DNA of 64,000 bases from Mustelus asterias (Eukaryota), in NCBI RefSeq assembly GCF_964213995.1, contig NC_135810.1:67704001-67768000 (forward strand). The letters run 5' to 3'. Positions 39,450 to 48,760 of this stretch are shown here, in pieces; the stretch's first letter is position 1, and the number at the start of each line of letters is the position of its first letter. The notes beneath the pieces were generated by a model. The model saw nothing but the letters and a program-made list of their open reading frames with translations. It made no database searches and had not been told where the DNA came from. The position numbers and the translations under genes are program-made.

Positions 39450-40300
39450 CCATCCGGTGGTTCCCCCAAGTCCTTATCAATCTCACCATCAGAGGATTGA
39501 CTGGTTTCTTGTGTCTCCTCTTCCTCCAGGACATCCTTCTCTGCATCAAAAGGTTGTGCAGAGCACAGCACACAATGACCATTAGCAACAGAGGAAATGT
39601 ACTGAAGTGCTTCTCCATATCTATTCAGAAATGGAACATCAACCTCAGACGATTGATTGTCAGCTTGATGATGACCTTGATCATTGTACTTCCTCTCTGC
39701 ATCTGTTCTAGAAGCCCTCACTGGTGTCATGAATCATTTCTTTATAACGTAACCGTTGTCACCCAGCAGCCAGCCCTCCAAGGTTTCAGATCCAGTAAAC
39801 ACATCTGGCACCTGTGTGTTCTTGAGAATCTCAGAATCATGGCTGCTGCCTGACACCTGGCGCAGACCTGCATAATTCTCCATTGGTGTTCACATACTAA
39901 TTGCATATTCAGAGAGTTATAACCCTTTTTATTTATAAATGGTCTGCTGGAGCCTTTATAGTGAATGTGAACCCAAGGGTTCTACCATTGCTGCGGATCC
40001 TCTGGTTTGTTCAAATTAAAATCAGTGGTCCATGCGGAATGCTATATATCAACCTGCTCTTTGGAACATTTCATCTGTAAAAACTTTAACGCAGTAGTAG
40101 GCAGCAAGCTGCGTTATTCAACTGAGGTCTCCACATGCAGCCTGAAAGAATCCAATTGCAAAAACAGTCAGTGCCACAGTGACCTACACGGCAATTGCAC
40201 TGGATGAACCCTCTCCCACCACGCAGTTGGGAGTGATCTCCCCGGCTAGCATCTTAATTCGAGAGGTTACTGTGAATCTGGATAGCCTGAGTCTCCTTTG
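39450..40300 (-). pseudogene. Second PIF/Harbinger transposase remnant; flanking 37.2-39.1 kb and 33.5-34.3 kb may be decayed accessory-ORF sequence
   Basis: Minus strand FINKKGYNSLNMQLVC, GSSHDSEIL, GWLLGDNGY, VCCALHNL. Confidence 0.82.
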
Positions 40301-40696
40301 GCACTATGTCTCATGTATTTAAAGGTAACTAATTCTCCCCCAGTATACACAATTGGGAGGATAAGGCCTTCTTACTATGCTCCCATGATTGCAGCATCCT
40401 GCCCTCAACAACCTCTTGCTCCTTTGCAGGCCAGGCATCCTCATGCACCTCCTGTGTCTCCTGTCCCTGACAATCTGGCCTTCTGCCTCTCCTCCTCAAT
40501 CTCCTCCTCCTCCTCCTCATTGGAGGATATGTCTCCCACTGAGACTACTATCCCCATGTTGTTCATTGCAGAAAGGTTGCAGTGCAGATGAGGTACTAAG
40601 AGCACAATTCTGCATTCAATTTTCAGGATTGAAGCACCTATGGATGACATGGAATACATACCTTCCAAGAATACCTACACAATTCACAGCAGAACT

Positions 40697-41043
40697 GGGG
40701 CGGCATGGTAGCACAGTGGTTAGCACTGCTGCTTCACAGCTCCAGGGACCTGGGTTCGATTCCCGGCTTGGATCACTGTCTGTGTGGAGTTTGCACATTC
40801 TCCTCGTGTCTGCGTGGGTTTCCTCCGGGTGCTACGGTTTCCTTCCACAGTCCAAAGATGTGCGGGTTCGGTTGATTGGCCATGCTAAAAATTGCCCTTA
40901 GTGTCCTGAGATGCGTAGGTTAGAGGGATTAGTGGGTAAATGTGTAGGGATATGGGGCTAGGGCCTGGGTGGGATTGTGGTCGGTGCAGACTCGATGGGC
41001 CGAATGGCCTCTTTCTGTACTGTAGGGTTTCTATGATTTCTAT
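40697..41043 (+). mobile_element. Full-length HE1-like tRNA-derived V-SINE
   Basis: Pol III A box TAGCACAGTGG and B box GGTTCGATTCC; V-domain; (TTCTATGA) tail; GAACT TSD. Confidence 0.92.
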
Positions 41044-42031
41044 GAACTACTGAAGGAAAACATTGAACCTACCCAACTCTGCCTGTAAACCCACCCTGAC
41101 ATCTAATCGTTGAAAAAAAAGTTAACCACCTGCCACTTTTCCCACATTTAGAACCTAATATTGCATTCCACACATATTGCAGTCGACTGGGCTGCCAATG
41201 AGCTGAAGTACCCATTAATTTACAATTTGAATATGGTGGGCAAGCTCTTGATTCCCAGAGCTGCCCACCAACCATGTTATTGCTGTCCAGTGTGATGACA
41301 TTGGGAATGGAGCCCAATTACATCACACTGGATATTACGTTACCTCGGACACAGAACAGTTCCATTTACAGACTATATTATTCAGCCCCCATTTTGACAG
41401 TTGCTAATAAACAGAAGATATAGTAGTTATAATTAATGTTGTAAGGCAAATTGTCAGCGTGGATGATTTGAATTTCAAGCCAATGCTTTGTTGGCAATGA
41501 CTCTTAGCTTTTCTCATTATTCTGAGATCTGTCTTATCAGAAGAGATGGGGGCAATCAGAGGGTGGACTGAGTAGGAGAGGTTAAGAAGCAGCAGTCAGG
41601 AAAAGAGGTCGGCGATTGGGAGACGTGAGGGTGGTGGATGGTGGGAAGAGATAAATGAGCAGCAGAGAATGAGAGACTGTGAGCATGAGGAGGGGGAGCG
41701 GGAGGGGGGGGGGGGGGTGTAACCAGGAGAGGGGAGTACAATTAACTATAGGTGGATCTTGCAAAGCCAGAGGCAGCTTCAATGTAAACTTGCCGAGCCA
41801 CTAAATCAGGCCTGAGGAAGACACATTTCTTATCAACATTCCCAGCTGCCAGATTTAACAATGTTGTGCTTACTAGCTGAGAATCACATTTAAATCAGAT
41901 TAAGACTTAATTTTAGATTTTTGCTATACTACTTTAATATTGAGGCAAAGCTTTCACTTTGGGATTAAATGTTTAGGTAAGTGCACTCTGAAACTCATAA
42001 ATAGGTCTAATAAACTCACCAAAGGAAATAA

Positions 42032-42341
42032 ATCATAGAATCCCTACAGTGCAGAAGGAGGCCATTCAGCCCATCGAGCCTGCACCAACCACAATCCTAC
42101 CCAGGCCCTATCCGCGTAACCCCACGTATTTATCCTGCTAATCCCCCTAACGTACACATTTTAGGACACTAAAGGGGCAATTTAGCATGGCCAATCAACC
42201 TAACCTGCACATCTGTGGACCCGGAGGAAACCCTTGCAGGCACAGGGAGAACATGCAGACTCCACACAGTCAGTGACCCAAGCCGGGAATTGAATTTGGA
42301 TCCCTGGCAATGAAGCAGCAGTGCTAACCACTGTGCCACCC
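42032..42341 (-). mobile_element. HE1-like V-SINE
   Basis: Reverse complement of the SINE at 40697-41043. Confidence 0.88.
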
Positions 42342-42818
42342 AATATATTGTACAATTAATAATTAATCAGCAATAAAGTACTTGTATATTTTAGGAAACA
42401 GTCAAAGATGATGCAGTCTGTCCTCATTTCCTTCTTGTAATACACATTGCTATATACCTCTGCTTGATTTTAGAATTATTATTTTAAAAAAATTCCTTAT
42501 CAGGAATAAATATTTTGACAGAAATGTTAGTGAGCAGGGAAGAATCTAATTAGGATTGGTGGCTTGGGTCTCAATAGACTTCTGAGCTTTTTTTTTGAGC
42601 AACTGTCATAACACATTATACAACAAGGTCATAGCATCCTTTCTTCCTGCTACAGCAGAAGATATAAGTTGCATTAATCATAATCATAGAAGGAACAGTG
42701 AAGACCTACTTTGTGATATGCAATGAATATCAGATTCATTTTAAGAACACCACCAAAGGAAAGGATTTTTAATAGACATTTAAATGACATATTTTCAAAA
42801 ATGGTTATCAAAATTACA

Positions 42819-42954
42819 GGGGTAAAGCTTCCGGTCCCGCTTGCCAGGGGAATCGTCGTCAGCAGAACAAACAATTTCACGGACAATTGATAGTCCTTTG
42901 ACCTTGGATGGGAATTTCAGTTCCTGGTACAGGCGTGACTGGAAAATCCCACCC
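42819..42954. mobile_element. Short MITE related to 22703-22838
   Basis: Ends GGAAAATCCCACCC; similar internal layout. Confidence 0.5.
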
Positions 42955-43374
42955 ATAGTCTCTGATTTTATAAGCAGGTCTATTAAAAAATACAGTGGTT
43001 TAGTGATCATAGTGTCGCAATTATTTTAGTCAGGTTCAAGATTTTTTAAATCTGATATCTCAAATTAAACTCACCCTTCAAGATCTATTGGAAATGGAAT
43101 AGTTTTGAACTGGCTGCTTGTGTTTTCAGAGACATTGTGAGTTAATTGCTATGCAGAAATTAAAATAATTCACTGATATTTGACATAGGCAGTGCCATTT
43201 AGGAGCTCAATGCTCCTCTCAATGCCATCTCTTAAGTTTGCACAGCTGAACACTCTTCAAACAGAAGGAAGGGTCCTCCCCCCAGCAGTGGTATTTAAAG
43301 GAATCATCAACTATTTATAGGTTAGTTTCTGGTTGATTTCTTCTGGCTGTTGTTGTAATGTCACATGTTTTTGC

Positions 43375-44575
43375 TGTACTAATGCAGCTAAATGCCAGTT
43401 TCCCATCACCCACACCCATTATTGTGAACCAAAGATAAAGACTGCTCCCGCGGCTTACAGTTAGGTAGTCTTCCCCTTGGGACCTACCACTCCAGTCCGA
43501 CTAAAGTTACAGGCTTAAGTACCCATGCTGGCTGCTTCCCACTGGATGAGCTGCCGCTCACTCAATAAGGGAGCTCGTATTCCACGAAATCCGGGGGTTG
43601 ATCTAGTAATAATTCCCCATGGTCTTTGTGGTTGTCATAACATCCCTCCCCCCCTCCCTCCCAGAACATCCATTGCAAAGAAGTCCTTTCCATCGCTTGG
43701 CGCTTGGGCACAGGTGCATTGAAAGTGGGACTGGGTCAGGTGGTGTAAACTGAACAGGGGACCTTTTTCAGAGGGAACATCGCACGGTTACCGGAGCAGG
43801 TTCCTCCTCTTCCAGTTCTGCATCAGCCCAAAGACCCTGTTCTTAAGCCTAGATCTCCGAATTAATACCTTTGCTAACAGGTGGGGTCGACACAGAGTTG
43901 GCTTCAAGCTGAGAACTGGCATTGGCAATGTCTGTCTCCATTACTGGTGTGGCTTTTGCTACCAAATAAACCTGTTGGACTTTAACCTGGTGTTGTTAAA
44001 CTTCTTACTGTGTTTACCCCAGTCCAACGCCGGCATCTCCACTCCATTACTGGTAGCAAGGGCAGCTGAGGCAAGAATGCCCTGGCCCTGAGGTGGTCTA
44101 AGTATTTCTTTTAGGGTTTTACCCATATCTTTGATCTTTTAAGATACTGGTTCTGCTTTCTCCATAATGATCCCAGAGGCCCAACTGGAACCTTCCCCAA
44201 AGTTCCTTCCATGAACCAGATCACCTGTTGCAAAAGCTCTCTCTGTCCTCGCGGAATCGTGTTTCCTGTTGGGATTCCATCTTTCCTGAAAAGTCTGGGA
44301 ATAATAGGCTCAATCTGGTATGATGCCATTGCCCCATCAACAGCTCTGCTGGCGCAACACCTGTTGTGGTGTGCGGTGCGGTCCTGTATTCAAACAAAAA
44401 TCATGCATGAAGTTCTGGAAATCACCGCTAGTGAAGGCTGTGCCGTTTTCGGAAATCAGGACTTCTGGTATTCGTGTATGCTTAAGTTTAGCTGCAATTT
44501 CACGATCATAGCCTCAGTAGTCGTGGAGCCCATATATGATGCACCTTCACCACTTGGAGTGTGCGTCCACTATGA
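43375..44575 (-). mobile_element. 3' part of a Mag-like Gypsy element: integrase fragment, PPT and LTR (43375-43642)
   Basis: LTR is homologous to 62689-62944; purine tract 43643-43661; minus strand VDAHSKW, SENGTAFTS, TTGVAPAELLMG. Confidence 0.8.
43949..44041 (+). mobile_element. 93-bp Penelope pLTR insertion with 13-bp TSD
   Basis: CTCCATTACTGGT at 43936-43948 and 44042-44054; insert matches the reverse complement of 1038-1092. Confidence 0.8.
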
Positions 44576-45530
44576 CTGGGAATGATGGAACAGGTCCACG
44601 ACCAGATGAATGTTATCATGGATGCTCCACCCTAGGACCGTTCTGGGGACTTGTCAGGGTGGATCACATAGTCCAGCATGGTGCCAAGGTGCAAAACCAT
44701 CATCCTGGCAAAGATTTTGTACCCTGTGCTGAGAAGGGATAGCGATGCTAGATCTTAAGGAGGCACAGGTCATCTCTCTTAGGGCAGTTGTTGCCCTGCT
44801 GCCTGTGGCATGAAGTGGTCATCTCCGCAGTCAGGAGGTTGCCTCTGGTTCCTGACCCATTCCCCACACTGAGCATGGGGGGCGGCCCAGAGCCACTAGT
44901 CAGCTAAACCTTTGTCACAATCCCACCAACAGGCAGAGGGGTCCTCTCTGGTCTCCCTCAAAAGTATTGGATTGTCAGGTGGTTGCGGCTGGACTCTCAC
45001 CCAACTCCCAGTGCCAAGACATCCAGTGTTGCAACACTGGCACTAAAGTAGAGGAGGGGGCAAGGGGGGCTTCCACCTCGCTATCACCACCTAAGCACCC
45101 AGTGGACAGGGAACCGCCGCGGTCACCAGAAGTGTTAGTGGGCACATCCGGGTTACTACAGGATGCAGGAGGGTTTGCACCTTCAGGGGTTATATCCATG
45201 TAACTATCAGAAATGCCCTATGGTAGCATATCCCTACCCAGACACCATTTGAGGGTGGAAAGGAAACATTTGGGGGAGGAAATGTGGAGAAATCCTCCCC
45301 CTCCAAGGATTGGCACCAAGGAGACTTCCATATTCCCAGGTGTTCTGCCCTCAGGGATTTTGGTGGGTCAATTCATTTGATTGATATGACAGGATCAGGC
45401 CATGAGGGGCAGGAGGGGATGATGGTGGGGAGAATCTCACGATGCTTCAAGAACCCTAGGTCTTTTATGTTGGGATCACAAAATTCTTCAGAGACCATCC
45501 ACAAAAACTCCAGATACCCACCTTTGGTTG
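44576..45530 (-). mobile_element. Highly deleted L1/Tx1-like LINE remnant
   Basis: Minus strand SLSLLSTGYKIFAR...VIHPD...SIHDNIHLV (L1-clade RT region); upstream ORF1-like sequence. Confidence 0.6.
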
Positions 45531-47637
45531 TTATCATAGTTTTTTTTTACCTTCAAGTCTTTCAGTTCCTCTGTCTGCCCCTTCAACTCCTTAGGTCTTG
45601 CAGACACTTAATCAGGCACAGCAAGAGCAGGCTTCCTTGCATCCTGGGTCCCAAGCTGATTTCAAATAAAGTCGTAGGCATTTCCACCAAACAAGTAAGG
45701 AAACTGAAACAGGCTTCCAGCAGAGCTGTGTGGGTGTGTTCTGCCCAAGAGCAAAAGTGAAACCAAAACTGGAGTGATGTGTAAGCGATGTCGTGTTGCT
45801 ATCTCTCAAAGGCATATTACAACATTTTGTACTGATATTACATCATTTTTTACTCATCCCTGCCTTTATGTTAAAGGACAGTGGAGAAGAAAATATGGGC
45901 TCTTATGATATTCAATTAGTTAGTATTTCAGTCTTATCTTAATGGTAACTATTTTTAGTATTTCTTTTATCTAATAAAGACAAATTATTTAGCAAATACT
46001 GTATTAAGATATTGTACCTAAAGTTACCAAATGACAGAAACACCCTATGGCAGCATGTATTTTCTGGCAATAGTAGCGTAGTGATTATGACATTCTTAAA
46101 TTGTGAATGCAACTTGTAGTTAGTTGTGAAACTGAGTTCAATGCAAGATTTGTATGAGAAATGAATGATCGTGATTGTCATAAGGATCGTGATTGTCATA
46201 AGATACAATTGTTCCACTATTGTTGTTGTTTCAGAGAAGGAAAGCTGTTACCCCTTCTTGGCCTGATCTATTGATGATTTTTGTGGCTGCACAAATTGAT
46301 TATTGAGCTCCCCCTGCTGTTTACTTCCAGCTGTCACATGCTAATTCTGTTGCTGTAAATGAGAGATTTCTAAAATTGGTACTTAGAATGTTTTTCTGTG
46401 GATGAACTTGCCCTGTAAAGTATTTAAGTCACTGAAGGATTTAAAATATATATGTAATTGTTGGCTTTCATCCAGCGCTGGTCAAAGGTAGAGTTCATTG
46501 GTTCTGTAGAGCATATAGCAGGTGAATGGGAATGGAAGTGCCATAGTTTGGTATGGAGGATATGGGGTGGGGTAGAGGCATAGCTTGGCATGGGGAAATG
46601 GGGAATACCTTCTGATCTGAGTTTTCAAAAAGGTACTGTCATCTAGACTATGGTCATCACACCTCTGAGGGAGTGTGAACCACAAATCCTTTAAAAGCTG
46701 GAATGACTGCTTGAAAATTTCAGGGGATTAGGAGATTGCTGTCTCCGCATTTGAACCAGCCAGGTCAGGAGCACTGGGTGTGGGTTCACCATCTGCACCA
46801 ATCTGCACTCTTACCCCAATCTGCACTCTTACCCCACACTAGTGAAAATTGGGGGCATCTGAAGTGGGATCGGGAATCTCAGAATCGGGCCTGGCTGCCA
46901 ATATTTTAGCTCCATAGATTCTCTTTGACTCCATAAAACACCAGCTCAATGTTTCCATTATGACTTTTTTCTCTCCTGTATTTTCTTTTCAAAAGTACAT
47001 GGTAAGGTAAATACAATGGGGCAATATGTGGTATTCAAATTGGCAGAGATTCTATAATTGCCATTAGTGACCTGCCACCCAAAAAAACAGCTGTGCTAAT
47101 ATCACTGTCAGGGTGGAAATAAGAACTTAGATTTTACTTTCTGTTCCGAGTGTTCGTGTGAAGAATAGCTTCTTAGACTCTTTTGGGGACTGAATGACCC
47201 ACTTTTATGAATTGTTTCCTCCAATGAGCCCACTGATAGGTAAAAGCATTCCCTGCCTGCTTTTTGGAGTTGATTGCCTTGTTTGTATCTTGCCGAGATA
47301 TAATCCGAGATTTTCTACTCCTTTGTGTCAGGCAGGTTTGGTGATGGGAGGGAAAGTATCACAAGAAGTGCAAAGTTGCGTTTTCCTTCAGCGTAATGTG
47401 TGATGCGATTGTCCCCTCTCCTGTCAGTGACAGGTCACATTTCCTGACACTGAACATCGGGAACATCATTAGCATACTTATAATCTACTCTTTTTGGCTA
47501 TCATCCAGCATTTTTTTCTTTTGTCAGTTATTGCTCCAGAGTGACTGGACATGTTAAGGAACTGAATTATCAACGCTCACTGATCACTTTCAACTTCACC
47601 TTTATGCTATTAAACATTATTTATGACATACTTATCT

Positions 47638-48371
47638 TGTTATGATCGGATTAGGAATGCACAGTTTGATGAGCCCCACTACTCCAAAGGTTGCACTATT
47701 AATTCAAAATCTTGATTCACTCACTAAAATGGTCAGTATGATATGTGGAAGTATACTAATTACTGTTTTGAGATACCCCAAGTCTCTCATACATACAAAA
47801 TAAAACATAGAGGAATTTTCTCAAAGGTTAAAAGTTAAATGGTTCAAAGGAAAATGGAAGATGTTGGAGTCCTTAAAATGGTATCTGGGTTATATGGTTG
47901 CTCTCTCGGTGCTGATTTGCAAAATAATCGATGGCTCTTGCACAACTTTTCAAAACACTTACAGGTACTCGATTCCAGCACCATAGCAACCGCTTTTATT
48001 TACTTCTGGTTGTGAACTGTCTCTGGGCTACAGAAAGGCAGCTTCTTTTCATAAGCAGTTGGTTCAAACAAAGTACCTTTCTTGTAAAATTATGACTTTT
48101 TTTTCCAAGAATACCAATCAGAGTACTGGATTAACCCTCTAAGGGACAGTGGCTTTCAAAAGACAGATTCTTCCAGAATGTTCTTAGCTCTTGAGGGTGA
48201 ACTATTTTTTGTGATTAAAGTGTTCATGATAATATAATCCATTTTTTCCACATATGTAATACTTTACACTTATCCATATTAATCCTGGGTGCGACCTGTC
48301 TTAGCTGCTGGAGTCTGCTCCTCTGGTGCAGTGATCAGTACAACGCCAGTTCTATTAGCTTCATCCTGATA
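47638..48371. mobile_element. Possible old solo LTR
   Basis: Starts TGTTATGAT and ends ATCCTGATA; flanks TATCT / TATTT; weak. Confidence 0.3.
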
Positions 48372-48399
48372 TATTTTGGAACTCTGCGAAGCATGAGAG

Positions 48400-48715
48400 T
48401 GTGGTTAACCATCGTTGGTTCCCACTGGATAGTACTGAGCCAGGGGCTGGCCAGTACTACGAGGATGTACATATGTTACGGTTGGGTTGTGCTATTGTTG
48501 CTGTTGGGGTTAGGGTGGGGTTGTTACACCTTTGTACTGTAGTGTTGTGGCACATCCCAGTCGGGCTCCGCCTCCTGGGAGAGGTATAAGAGTCCCTGCT
48601 CTGGCCGGGACCCCTTCAGTCTGGGATAGTGTATATAAGTTCTGGCAGCTTCGTTACAGTAAATAAAAGCCTTTCATTTACTGAGCTTCAGGCCTCGTGT
48701 TTGAGTAGCGCATCA
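48400..48715 (+). repeat. 5' LTR (TATA-like motifs at ~48585 and 48632; AATAAA at 48662)
   Basis: Direct repeat of 52811-53126. Confidence 0.96.
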
Positions 48716-48760
48716 ATTTTATTTACTGTCGTTAAACTCTCGTTGAAAAAAAGAGAGAGT

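Noticed and set aside
40697-40775. tRNA gene
   Set aside because: The A and B boxes belong to a SINE head followed by a V-domain and LINE-derived tail; no complete cloverleaf
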